Shown here: in pieces, positions 45,411-55,134 of the stretch | Numbering within the stretch: the first letter of the stretch is position 1 | How the letters are laid out: each line of letters starts with the position of its first letter | From: a virus | IMG/VR virus record: IMGVR_UViG_3300008050_000026 | Span: 1 to 64,000 of that record | Length of the DNA: 64,000 nt | Reading direction: 5' to 3' (one strand) | The notes under the pieces: model-generated | The model's database searches: none | Told to the model about the DNA's origin: nothing | What the model saw: the letters and a program-made list of their open reading frames with translations, nothing else | Made by a program: the position numbers and the translations under genes

Positions 45411-46336
45411 TGGATATTACTAAAGACATATTGGAAGAATTTGAAGAAATAACTAATTTCGATGCTATTTCGTTCATTCAGGCGTATGTTGATTTTTTAC
45501 AAAAAGATCTATCAAAAATCCAACTGTTCTTTAGTGGTCAAATAAAGAATAATTCGCAAGATGCATTTGATAATTTGAAGCAATTAAGAATAACAGTTGA
45601 AGATTTTTATTCCACCTTTAGATCATTTGAGACACAGTTGTGGTCATTCAAATGGTGGGATCTATTGGAAGAGATTGAAAGAATAGAACATACGATCAGT
45701 TTGATGGAGAACATGTCAAAATGGATGCGTAGTAGTATTTTGAATTCAAGTTTTTCTCAGGATCAACTGGCTGACTCAAATCTTATTCAAGGAGAAACCC
45801 TTGCTGATTTTTCAAGAACACGTGAAGGTTCTTCTGACCCTAATAATGATTGGTATGAGCTTGCGTTGTTGAATGACCTTACTGAAGAGGAATATACAAC
45901 CGATGGTGGTAATTTACTGTACTACAAAAAAAGGAATGGACCTATCCTATTCATTGAGTCAGTAGTAGATAATATCGTAGGTGAAACTATATTGGGTCTT
46001 GATATTCAACAAACAATGGAGTTTGCTGATGATGATCTTGTAGTTTTATCACATAAGGACACATTTTATCAAGCAGTTGATATTTTAGCTACGTTAAAGA
46101 AAGGCGATAACCCAGAATTCTATGAAATTGGATTACAACCCGGAGTTACAGCAGGTTCAAATATCAACTCAATAGGGTTTCCTGTAATTTTGAGACAAAT
46201 GAGTGAGTCGTTTGGTACAGATGATACGATAAGAACATCAGAAGTAACGGAAATTAGAAGAGACCAAGATGCGTTGTTCATTGATTTTGAAGTTGAAAGT
46301 ATGAATAGCGATACAACCATTGCGTCAGTAAATTAA
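45410..46336 (+). CDS. baseplate wedge protein (gp25-like C-terminus)
   Basis: C-terminal QAVDIL..KGDNPEF..G..DDTI; precedes J-like gene. Confidence 0.6.
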   Translation: MDITKDILEEFEEITNFDAISFIQAYVDFLQKDLSKIQLFFSGQIKNNSQDAFDNLKQLRITVEDFYSTFRSFETQLWSFKWWDLLEEIERIEHTISLMENMSKWMRSSILNSSFSQDQLADSNLIQGETLADFSRTREGSSDPNNDWYELALLNDLTEEEYTTDGGNLLYYKKRNGPILFIESVVDNIVGETILGLDIQQTMEFADDDLVVLSHKDTFYQAVDILATLKKGDNPEFYEIGLQPGVTAGSNINSIGFPVILRQMSESFGTDDTIRTSEVTEIRRDQDALFIDFEVESMNSDTTIASVN

Positions 46337-46341
46337 AAGAC

Positions 46342-47547
46342 ATGGCACTTAATATTAGACCAAGTACAAGCAAAGAAAGAAAGGAACTATTTGTCGAAGC
46401 TATGCTTAATAAGACAGATAAGGTTACTAAGGTTTCGCCAAATTCAGTTTTGAGTGGAGTTGCTTTTGGTGTAGGTAAGATTGCAGGAAAGGCTGAAAAA
46501 GACATTTTCCTTGCTGTGGCCCAATTATTTCCTGATCATGCGTATGGTGAACAATTGGATCAGGTGGCTGAAAATTTTGGTATTGCTCCAAGGTTTTTGC
46601 AATCTGGATCATCAACCTATTTAAGATTAGTTGGTGATGTTGGTACACAATATGCTATAAACACTCACATTTTTTCAGGTACTAATGGTATTCAATTCCA
46701 ACTTGAAGAAGATGTTACGATAGGGGCTGCAGGATTTACATATACCAAAGTTAGAAGCGTTGATACTGGAGTTCAATCAAATGTAAACCCAGGAGATGTT
46801 TCCAACGTTACACCTGTACCTGTAGGACATACATACGTCGTGAATGAATACATTTCAACAGGTGGTAGAGAAAATGAGTCAGATGAGGATTTTCGAAATA
46901 GAATAAAGGAGGGAGCCAATATTCTTGGAAAGGCAACAATTTCATCACTTGAACAGGCGATGATGAAGATCAACACAAATGTTCTTCGTGTATTTTTCTA
47001 TGGACGTGATGATAATGGCAAATTGGTTCTTGCAATCCAATCACAAAATGGAATTGATTTCAACGAACAGGAACTTGATGAATTGCTTGATAAAGCTGAT
47101 AAGTACATGGCTTTTACAGAACTCAGGCCTTATGGTACACAAAGTTTTGGTGTGAAACTAAGAAACGTTGAATATGATCCTCTTGATATTTCGTTCAGAT
47201 GTAACCTATTCAATAACTTTGATCCAGATGCTGTAAGAAAAGAAATTCAGATCAACATCAGTAAATACCTTGATTTTAGAAACTTTACTCAAGGTGGGAT
47301 TGTTGAATGGGATAATATACTGGAGATTGTGAAAAAAACAAAAGGTGTGAAGTACGTGCCAGACCAATTCTTCTATCCTAATAATGATATACAAACAAGT
47401 AGGGTGAAGATCATGCGCCTCAGGGGCTTCCTAATGTTAAACCTTGAAGGAACAGTTATCAGTACGCTTCAAAATACATTGTCGCCAGTTTACTATCCCC
47501 AAGAGGCAGATTTTTCATTCCAACAAACTGTATTAGCTGAAATATAA
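46342..47547 (+). CDS. baseplate J-like protein
   Basis: AYGEQLDQVAENFGI, GGRENESDEDFRNRI. Confidence 0.88.
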   Translation: MALNIRPSTSKERKELFVEAMLNKTDKVTKVSPNSVLSGVAFGVGKIAGKAEKDIFLAVAQLFPDHAYGEQLDQVAENFGIAPRFLQSGSSTYLRLVGDVGTQYAINTHIFSGTNGIQFQLEEDVTIGAAGFTYTKVRSVDTGVQSNVNPGDVSNVTPVPVGHTYVVNEYISTGGRENESDEDFRNRIKEGANILGKATISSLEQAMMKINTNVLRVFFYGRDDNGKLVLAIQSQNGIDFNEQELDELLDKADKYMAFTELRPYGTQSFGVKLRNVEYDPLDISFRCNLFNNFDPDAVRKEIQINISKYLDFRNFTQGGIVEWDNILEIVKKTKGVKYVPDQFFYPNNDIQTSRVKIMRLRGFLMLNLEGTVISTLQNTLSPVYYPQEADFSFQQTVLAEI

Positions 47548-47876
47548 TGGGAAAAGGAATAGCAAAAGTTCATCAAACGTATTCCTTTCCAAGGATAAAG
47601 CCTACTGTAGAAGATGCATCAAATTTGAGTATAACAAATGAAGATATGACCACGTATCCTCATTGTGGTTTTAATATAATGGATGTTGAACCTAAAGGGA
47701 TCAATTATGTTGAAACTTTGGAAGGTGAGCTTATGACAGTTTCGAGGGATGAATATCCAAATGGTGTCAATTTTTATATTGATAACATGGGTAACATGAT
47801 TGTATACACTGATGATGAAACATTTAAGAATTTTTCCATTGATGAGATGGGTAACGTAATTTATACAACACCATAA
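47547..47876 (+). CDS. hypothetical structural protein
   Basis: 109 aa; two F.ID.MGN repeats. Confidence 0.6.
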   Translation: MGKGIAKVHQTYSFPRIKPTVEDASNLSITNEDMTTYPHCGFNIMDVEPKGINYVETLEGELMTVSRDEYPNGVNFYIDNMGNMIVYTDDETFKNFSIDEMGNVIYTTP

Positions 47877-48403
47877 TGGCTTCTGGTTCAAAAAATCTTG
47901 GTCTCGTAAAAGCAATTCATGCTGGAAATACTGCTCCAGCGAATACTGCCATGATCTGGTATAACACTTTAACATTCAGGCACTACTATCATAATGGAAC
48001 AATTTGGGTTCTTTTTGGTACTGGAGGAGGAGCTGGTGGAACGCCAAAAGTAACCGTTGAAATGGGTTATACAACCAACGTTTCAATAAATGGTCAGCAA
48101 AATGGTATAAATTTTGATCCTACTTTCAAAATATCAACTGCGCCAAAACCAGTACCTGTACCTTTTAGAGTTAGCGTTGACAGAAATGGAAATGATGGGG
48201 AAGTTGAATTAACGTTTACAGATGCAGCAGGAGGTATGCATAATATGGATGGTGTATCGTATACTATGCCAGCAAATATGAGTGAAGTACTTTTCATGTT
48301 TGAAACTACACAAGCAAATCCAGTAGGTGTTTATACATTGGAAGTAAATTGTGTTTTGGGATCTTATTCGTTTTCACGAGAATTAACGATAGAAATTATT
48401 TAA
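47876..48403 (+). CDS. putative fibre/receptor-binding protein A
   Basis: N-terminal ~52 aa nearly identical to next gene; beta-rich C-domain. Confidence 0.55.
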   Translation: MASGSKNLGLVKAIHAGNTAPANTAMIWYNTLTFRHYYHNGTIWVLFGTGGGAGGTPKVTVEMGYTTNVSINGQQNGINFDPTFKISTAPKPVPVPFRVSVDRNGNDGEVELTFTDAAGGMHNMDGVSYTMPANMSEVLFMFETTQANPVGVYTLEVNCVLGSYSFSRELTIEII

Positions 48404-48404
48404 G

Positions 48405-49493
48405 ATGGCTTCAGGTACAAAAAATCTTGGTTTAGTTAAAGCAATACACGCAGGAAATACTGCGCCTGCTAATACATATATGATCTGGTACAATACACTT
48501 GCATCAAGGCATTATTATCACAATGGGTCAAGCTGGGTCGAATTAGGTACTGGAGGATCTGGAGCATTTGAAACAATTCCACATTTTGTTTATCAGCCTC
48601 TTGGAGTTGATAGTGGTATGGTCTATAATGATTTTGAAATCATGATGGATGATGTTATTGAACAGAAAGGCAAGAAAACAATCTATTTTGATAGAACATT
48701 TTTATCAGCTTTGGATGCAATGGAAATACCAGTCAAATCTGGTGGTGGTTCTTGGGATTTTATAGATGTTTCGTTTCAGTGGTTATTTGAGTCAGTTTAC
48801 GATACATCAAACATTACAATAAGCGTAGCAGATGGAAATTTATGGGAAAATTTTCCAGACAATTTCTCTTTTATAAGGTTAATCTTTAATAACACTTCTT
48901 TTCCAGTCTATTCAGATAGTTCTGGACAAAAACTCAGCCTTTTAGACTCAGCTACAACGTTTGAAAACCTTGGTTCTGTTGAAGTTATGAATTTGTCAGG
49001 TTCAGCGGAATTTGTTTTTGGTTTGGAAGAAGGTTCAAAGATGAAAAATGGTTCTTATGAGATTTTCAATTTAGTTGGAAATTCGTCTATAAATCTTGCG
49101 TTGATTGGTGCTGGAGAAATTGAACAAGACGTCATAAGAGGAGCGATAACAGCTTATGTCGATATAAATTTGACCCACGGAGGGTCAAGTTATAAAGAAA
49201 CGCAAACCAATTATGCTGGTACAGTTGAATTACAAAGTAAAAATGCTTCAAGAATTATGTTTGGTGTTTTACCAAATTTGGGTTCAATATCTTTTGCACA
49301 TAATTTTGGTAATGAGTTTTTGCACATCGAAGTTTATAGAAACTCGGGTTTTCCAAAAATAAGATTAGGGACTGTTTCGGAAGTAAGAGTTCAAATAGAT
49401 GATGATGATAATATTACAATAACAGATCTTTTTGGGTTAGGCGGAATAAACATTCAAGTAGTCATTGCATCAAAACCTCAACAGATAGACTAA
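48405..49493 (+). CDS. putative fibre/receptor-binding protein B
   Basis: Shared N-terminal module; longer beta-rich C-part. Confidence 0.55.
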   Translation: MASGTKNLGLVKAIHAGNTAPANTYMIWYNTLASRHYYHNGSSWVELGTGGSGAFETIPHFVYQPLGVDSGMVYNDFEIMMDDVIEQKGKKTIYFDRTFLSALDAMEIPVKSGGGSWDFIDVSFQWLFESVYDTSNITISVADGNLWENFPDNFSFIRLIFNNTSFPVYSDSSGQKLSLLDSATTFENLGSVEVMNLSGSAEFVFGLEEGSKMKNGSYEIFNLVGNSSINLALIGAGEIEQDVIRGAITAYVDINLTHGGSSYKETQTNYAGTVELQSKNASRIMFGVLPNLGSISFAHNFGNEFLHIEVYRNSGFPKIRLGTVSEVRVQIDDDDNITITDLFGLGGINIQVVIASKPQQID

Positions 49494-51337
49494 TGGCAGT
49501 AATAGACAATCGTTTGACAGAAGTTGGTGATGTTCTTGTAATACAGACAGAAATCCCGCTTGTAGGAATAATTGCGCTACTTGGCTTTACAGATCTTACT
49601 ACAGGAGAAGTACCCGGGTCTCGTGAATTTGATAAGAAGTTCAGGTATTCATTTGATGGAGGAGTAAATTGGTCTGACTTTGTTGACCTTACAACTTCAA
49701 ATATTCTTGAAATACCAATTCAGGATACTGACCTCTTCATTTTAGAATATCTATACATAAGAACAGGTACTGATAGTTCAGGTGAATTGACAGTTGAAGC
49801 TGTACAATTGAATTCACAAACTATTTTAGGAACTTCTGATGATGTATATGGTAATTCAATTTTCAAAGAGTTCTATAATAGCTACAGTATCTGTACGCTT
49901 GCATGGTCAATCAATGTGCTTGAAAAACTATACAGAGATGGAATAGTACCTAAGTACATAAAACGAGGAAAAAGAAACGATACTCGAGAGGATCAGGATT
50001 ATCTTGATTTTTGGTTTACTGTATCATTGTTCTATTCATATTATGTATGTCTGGCTCGTGAGTTCAAAGATTTCTATACAAATTCTGATTTGTTAAGGGA
50101 GTTCCTTATTGAAAGGAACATGTTCATGTGTAATGATATTCAGATGGCTGATATGCTTTACATCATGAGAATGTACCACAGTGAAATGTCTCATAGAGGA
50201 ACAGAACAGATATTCCTTAAAAAAGGCGTCTCATCATACGAAGATGAAGATAATTCATTTAGTGAAAGTTTCAGTCAAAGCCTAAGTGGTTCATTTAGTC
50301 ATAGTTACAGTTCAGTAGATCCATTTTTCTATCGTCAGGTAGATGGGGAACTTTTAAGATTGATTTGCTATAGTTTATGCGATGAATTCATTTGGGGACT
50401 TGGAAGGGCTGAACACACAAGTTGGAATATGGGTAATGGAAGTCCATGTTATAGAGGATTGATGCCTCAACACCAATTCAGTAAAGGTTATGAAATAACA
50501 GAAGATGTTATCGATCTATCTGTATACCCTTTAATTGAAGATCAACTCATTTCTATTGCAGCTGATGGCGATAAGTATGTAATGGATATTGATGTACCTG
50601 TACTTGGTCCTTTTCCAGCAGGAATAGGACAACTTACAAATCAAGACATTGATAAAATGTTTGTTGTTGAACCTAATATGTCATATCAACTGACTTTTCA
50701 AATAAAAATAGGGCCAAAACTTGATAAGATTATGAATATTGGGTTTTCAATGGTGGATCAATTTGAAAACAATATAATACCAACTTCTTTTGTAACTGGA
50801 ACGTCTACAAATTATGCTATACAAGCTGAAGCATTATCTCGAAGTGATGTTTATTACAATATTCGTGTAATTCTTTGGGCTGCAAATCAAGGTAACGCTT
50901 GGGATCCAGCTGAAATTTATGAGAAAGAACGTATTGTTGAGCATAGTGGTAATTATTACGTATCAGAAAAGGTTACTAATTTTGGAATAACACCCGGAAC
51001 TACTTCTGATTGGAGATTGGTAGATACTGAAGGTTTAGTTTCAATAGGACAACCAAGTATTAAAGCAGGTGAAAATCTTAAAATGAGTTCAAATGTATGT
51101 AAGGTAATGCCAATCATACATAGTTCAGTACCTGCTAATCCAGCATCTATAAGAATACACAACTTGAAATTCAAACCTCTTCATTTTGAATACAGCCATT
51201 ATTTCATCAATGTGAAGAATTTCGTCCATATATTTATGGAACAAAACAATGGGCGTTATACGAACGAAGAAGTAGAAGAAATAATGAGGCGTTATTTGTT
51301 TCCGTACAATACCTCGTTTAGAAACACTTATTTATGA
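49493..51337 (+). CDS. baseplate/tail structural protein with Ser-x-Ser tract
   Basis: 614 aa; RGT motif; SFSESFSQSLSGSFSHSYSS. Confidence 0.55.
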   Translation: MAVIDNRLTEVGDVLVIQTEIPLVGIIALLGFTDLTTGEVPGSREFDKKFRYSFDGGVNWSDFVDLTTSNILEIPIQDTDLFILEYLYIRTGTDSSGELTVEAVQLNSQTILGTSDDVYGNSIFKEFYNSYSICTLAWSINVLEKLYRDGIVPKYIKRGKRNDTREDQDYLDFWFTVSLFYSYYVCLAREFKDFYTNSDLLREFLIERNMFMCNDIQMADMLYIMRMYHSEMSHRGTEQIFLKKGVSSYEDEDNSFSESFSQSLSGSFSHSYSSVDPFFYRQVDGELLRLICYSLCDEFIWGLGRAEHTSWNMGNGSPCYRGLMPQHQFSKGYEITEDVIDLSVYPLIEDQLISIAADGDKYVMDIDVPVLGPFPAGIGQLTNQDIDKMFVVEPNMSYQLTFQIKIGPKLDKIMNIGFSMVDQFENNIIPTSFVTGTSTNYAIQAEALSRSDVYYNIRVILWAANQGNAWDPAEIYEKERIVEHSGNYYVSEKVTNFGITPGTTSDWRLVDTEGLVSIGQPSIKAGENLKMSSNVCKVMPIIHSSVPANPASIRIHNLKFKPLHFEYSHYFINVKNFVHIFMEQNNGRYTNEEVEEIMRRYLFPYNTSFRNTYL

Positions 51338-51345
51338 TAAATTTG
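51338..51345 (+). promoter_or_regulatory. possible -7 promoter element
   Basis: TAAATTTG only 4 nt before ATG 51350, so spacing is tight. Confidence 0.35.
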
Positions 51346-51349
51346 TAAC

Positions 51350-53821
51350 ATGTCGATCTTAAAATTTGCACCAGATCTATTTCTTGAACAACAGGAGCTT
51401 AATAGGTTAAGAAAGTTCCTTGATGATGAAGGCTTTAGAATAAATCTAATTGACAATACTCAGAAATGGGGATTGATTGATAAGCAAAGTTTCTATCCAG
51501 ATAATTCTGTAAAGGATCAATTCACAAATGCATTGATCACTGAGGATGTTGGTTTAACAATCAAGCATAATCCAATACGAGCATTGAATGCTGATGGAAG
51601 ACTTATTTATAGGGCTGCCACAAATCAGATTGCTGTTACAGGTGATAATAACTGGTATTGGGTTAAGATCTCGTGGGTTGCCTCTCCTATTGAACTTGGT
51701 GTTTGGGCATTGGATGCTGATGGAAATCTTACAGGAACAGGTGGAGAACTTCTTACGATATTAAGAGGTGAACCTAATTTTCCTTCAAGAATAAAATTCA
51801 CGAATGCTATAAATAACACTGCTGAATATGATGTTGTTGAAGTCATTGATGACAATAACGCTATTCTAAATGGGGTATCTGGTACATTCAATGTTGAAAC
51901 AGGTTTAGAATTAGCAGTTGTTGGAACATTCACTGAAGGAGTAGCCCCACCAGCTGCAAATAAATATCCATTCCAATATGATAGTTGCGTATTTGAATTA
52001 ATCCTTGAAGCAACACCAAACACACCACCTACATTAGTTGAAGGTCAAGAATTCGTTATTGCTCGTGTAAAGAGTGATGGTGTAACAATGGTTATCCAAG
52101 ATAAAAGGGTTGAAAGATGGACAACGAAAGCAAATTATAGGCTTTCAAAAGTTGATGAAGTAGATAACCCTTTAATAGGAGTTGGTAGAATAATGTTCGA
52201 CCACGAATATTCTACAAAGGATAGGAATAAGGTTTTCATGCAATGGGCATTTCAATCTACAAACTATACTGTAAATACAAATTTGAATATCATAACGATC
52301 AACGCTGGATCTGGTGGTAATTTCAAAACTGTTGCTGATTTTACAGATGGTGATTTCAATGGATGGAGATTGTATGCTACCAACGGAAAATACTTGAGGA
52401 TCGTAAATTCTGTTCTTACAGGAGGTCAGATCAATTGTTATTTTGACAGTCTCGAAGTTGATTATTTCTCGACCGATGGAGGTTCAACATTTACAGGTTC
52501 TCAAATTGTAATCACACCTGATGCTGAAAAGATTGAAATTGTATTCGATGCTCAGGATATTTCTTCAACATCAGTTGTAGAGACATTTCCAAATCTTGAA
52601 GAAACGTTTGAATTCAATATCAATGAAGTAGAAGCATTGTGTCCACTGTTAGTATATGATGATCCAGTCGCGTATTATTCTGCTAAATACAGATACAAGA
52701 CAAATGATACATATACTGAATATGTAGATCTTCCTGAAGATACATCGTTTGGGTATTATACTGAAAACGCATACGAGGATGATGGTTCATTGAAACCAAT
52801 TGTTCTTGCAAATAGTTATGCTCAAAACGTAGCTCAAGGATACATCAAGACATATACTGGAGGCGTTATTGAACTCATTTTACATGGTACAGCTTACTAT
52901 CCTCTACTTGCAACAATTGTTACAGGTGATAGACTTGGTGTAGATCGTGTAACATTAAATCCTGCAATTACTCCACCTTACACATTGGTTGTTGGTGCAA
53001 ATAGGATCTATCAGTACTTTGAAGGGGGACCTTTTTCTTTGACACAGGATTTTTTCATCAATATTGAAAACACAGGTGCTATAAATGGTAACAGGTTTTT
53101 CTTACATTTTGCCAATGAACCCCAGTTAAATGGTTTTAGGTTAAGAATAGTTACAAATTTCGTTAACATTTCTACATTTGATCTAATTGAGGAGTTCACA
53201 ACCTTTGATGATACATTTGCTTCGTTGGGACATCCTGTTCAGTTTGAAGTAAGACATGATGGAACACAATGGGAAGTTGAACATAGCACCTATGATAGAG
53301 GACTTGTTGCTTTGGAATACCTACAAATACTGTTTGTAAACGCATTGGTTGCAGCAAACGCTGCCGATATTACAGCACTTCAAGCTTTCCAAGCCGATGT
53401 TGAAAGTGCATGGACTTCTTTTTCAAGCCCAACAACCAGATACATAGACCAATTTGGTTTACCTGTTAATGGTACTGTACTACTCACTTCAGGAGGATAT
53501 AAAATAGTCGGTAGAGTTGCTACAATTCAAATACAAGTAACTATTGATACAATTACGGGTAATTCTGGCACTGGATTTCAGTGGATCGAGGTTGATTTAC
53601 CAGCAGCTTTAGAAAACTTTGGTGGAGCCGCTGAACCAGTTGGAATGTGTAAAGGTGCAAGAAATGGTACAAACATTTTCGAATGGCAAATGACAACTAC
53701 GATGGTAGCTGGCGGTGGAAGTACTGTTAGATTTGTTTATGGTAATAGTATGACTGATGTTTCACCAATTGGTTCAGGTTCTCAAACTATTAGAGCAACC
53801 TTTCAAATAGGCGTATTATAA
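51350..53821 (+). CDS. large baseplate/tail fibre protein
   Basis: 823 aa; FLEQQELN N-terminus, beta-rich body, short coiled coil, C-terminal GYKIVGRVATIQ..LP fibre-tip-like domain. Confidence 0.65.
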   Translation: MSILKFAPDLFLEQQELNRLRKFLDDEGFRINLIDNTQKWGLIDKQSFYPDNSVKDQFTNALITEDVGLTIKHNPIRALNADGRLIYRAATNQIAVTGDNNWYWVKISWVASPIELGVWALDADGNLTGTGGELLTILRGEPNFPSRIKFTNAINNTAEYDVVEVIDDNNAILNGVSGTFNVETGLELAVVGTFTEGVAPPAANKYPFQYDSCVFELILEATPNTPPTLVEGQEFVIARVKSDGVTMVIQDKRVERWTTKANYRLSKVDEVDNPLIGVGRIMFDHEYSTKDRNKVFMQWAFQSTNYTVNTNLNIITINAGSGGNFKTVADFTDGDFNGWRLYATNGKYLRIVNSVLTGGQINCYFDSLEVDYFSTDGGSTFTGSQIVITPDAEKIEIVFDAQDISSTSVVETFPNLEETFEFNINEVEALCPLLVYDDPVAYYSAKYRYKTNDTYTEYVDLPEDTSFGYYTENAYEDDGSLKPIVLANSYAQNVAQGYIKTYTGGVIELILHGTAYYPLLATIVTGDRLGVDRVTLNPAITPPYTLVVGANRIYQYFEGGPFSLTQDFFINIENTGAINGNRFFLHFANEPQLNGFRLRIVTNFVNISTFDLIEEFTTFDDTFASLGHPVQFEVRHDGTQWEVEHSTYDRGLVALEYLQILFVNALVAANAADITALQAFQADVESAWTSFSSPTTRYIDQFGLPVNGTVLLTSGGYKIVGRVATIQIQVTIDTITGNSGTGFQWIEVDLPAALENFGGAAEPVGMCKGARNGTNIFEWQMTTTMVAGGGSTVRFVYGNSMTDVSPIGSGSQTIRATFQIGVL

Positions 53822-54435
53822 TGATAGAACTACGATATACAGGGGCTACTAATAGTTCAGATACTCAGACTATTGCTTCAAAGTCATTGGGGGGTTATGT
53901 TTCACCTTCGAAAGTACCAAATGATGATTTTAGCAATTTGTTTGATGAGATATCGTTGATGTCAAAACAGTTGAAGAAAAGGGAAGCAAGGTTGATTGCT
54001 ATTGTAAACATTTCATCAACAGAAGACTATGGTTCATTATCAGCCATGTTCACATTGCAGAATAATTCGGATGTAAAATACAAAGTTGCTTTTGTGGCTC
54101 CATCAGAAGATAGTGATGGACTGTATTTTGAACGATTGAATTCACAACGTGAATTACCAGCATACGCAACATTCCAAGACATAGTTACTCTTCAAACATT
54201 GAACCTTGGAACACTTAATGCTGGGAAGGCCTTGGGAATGTGGTTAATAAGGGAACTTACAGATGAGTTTGTTGCACCAGTAGATTGTCAAGAACTTTAT
54301 GACAATTACAAAGCTGAAACATCTCGTGAAACTGAAGAAAAACTTGCATTGACAATATCTTATGGTGATGACTCAGTATCAACATCTGTATCAACATCTG
54401 TATCGTCTTCTGGATCATTATCAAAGGTTCTATAA
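53821..54435 (+). CDS. structural protein with Ser-rich C-terminal tail
   Basis: SLGGYVS..NLFD..; ends DDSVSTSVSTSVSSSGSLSKVL. Confidence 0.6.
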   Translation: MIELRYTGATNSSDTQTIASKSLGGYVSPSKVPNDDFSNLFDEISLMSKQLKKREARLIAIVNISSTEDYGSLSAMFTLQNNSDVKYKVAFVAPSEDSDGLYFERLNSQRELPAYATFQDIVTLQTLNLGTLNAGKALGMWLIRELTDEFVAPVDCQELYDNYKAETSRETEEKLALTISYGDDSVSTSVSTSVSSSGSLSKVL

Positions 54436-54476
54436 CCTTAATTGCAACATTAGTTTCCAATAATAAATTTTTATTT

Positions 54477-54484
54477 TATTTTTG
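54477..54484 (+). promoter_or_regulatory. Bacteroidota-type -7 promoter element (replication operon)
   Basis: TATTTTTG 5 nt before ATG 54490. Confidence 0.55.
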
Positions 54485-54489
54485 TCCTT

Positions 54490-55134
54490 ATGGACTATGA
54501 TACTCTGCTCAAATGTGTAGAAATTGTTTATTCTTATTTATATTCGTTGACGTATGGTAATTCTAAGTACTACTATAATTGGAATGAAAGATCAATCCTT
54601 ACTTTCAACAATTTTGCAGGTCATATTGATAATAGGTATAAGCTGATTACAGTAGGTAAGAATTTCATGGTAAATTATTTCTTGTTCCATTATGCAAGGT
54701 TGGTTGAAACGGAATTTGAAAGATATTCATCAAAGGATGCAAAAGGAAACATCACTGCTCATGGTAGGTTCCAGATCTATGATTTCATTTCAAAGAAATC
54801 ATTTGAAACATTTGTAAATAGAAATAGGAAATTCGATTTCTGTATCCTTACAAATAGAAAGTTCGATAAGTATGTAGTTAGTGTATCGACTATGCTTAAA
54901 GCATTGGACGCTATCATCAATCCTAATGATATAAGCTTTGAACTATTTGAAGAAACTGTCAAGCATCGTTATTTTGGAACCTCATCATGTTTTGTGTATT
55001 GTATTTCAGAAACAACTCTGTACAATCCAGACTCAGTGATGTGTCCAAAATGTCCATTTCGGAAAGAGTGTATAAAATTGTTGGAAAAAAAGTATCCAAA
55101 AATCTATAAAGAAAGAGAATGTCAGATAAGTTAA
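54490..55134 (+). CDS. hypothetical replication-associated protein with Cys cluster
   Basis: C-terminal C..C and CPKC....C; directly upstream of helicase. Confidence 0.55.
   Translation: MDYDTLLKCVEIVYSYLYSLTYGNSKYYYNWNERSILTFNNFAGHIDNRYKLITVGKNFMVNYFLFHYARLVETEFERYSSKDAKGNITAHGRFQIYDFISKKSFETFVNRNRKFDFCILTNRKFDKYVVSVSTMLKALDAIINPNDISFELFEETVKHRYFGTSSCFVYCISETTLYNPDSVMCPKCPFRKECIKLLEKKYPKIYKERECQIS

Noticed and set aside
50255-54423. Ser tracts as substrates of the host Bacteroidota D-(S/T)-x O-glycosylation system
   Set aside because: That system acts on exported proteins, whereas virions assemble in the cytoplasm, and most tracts do not match the motif exactly.
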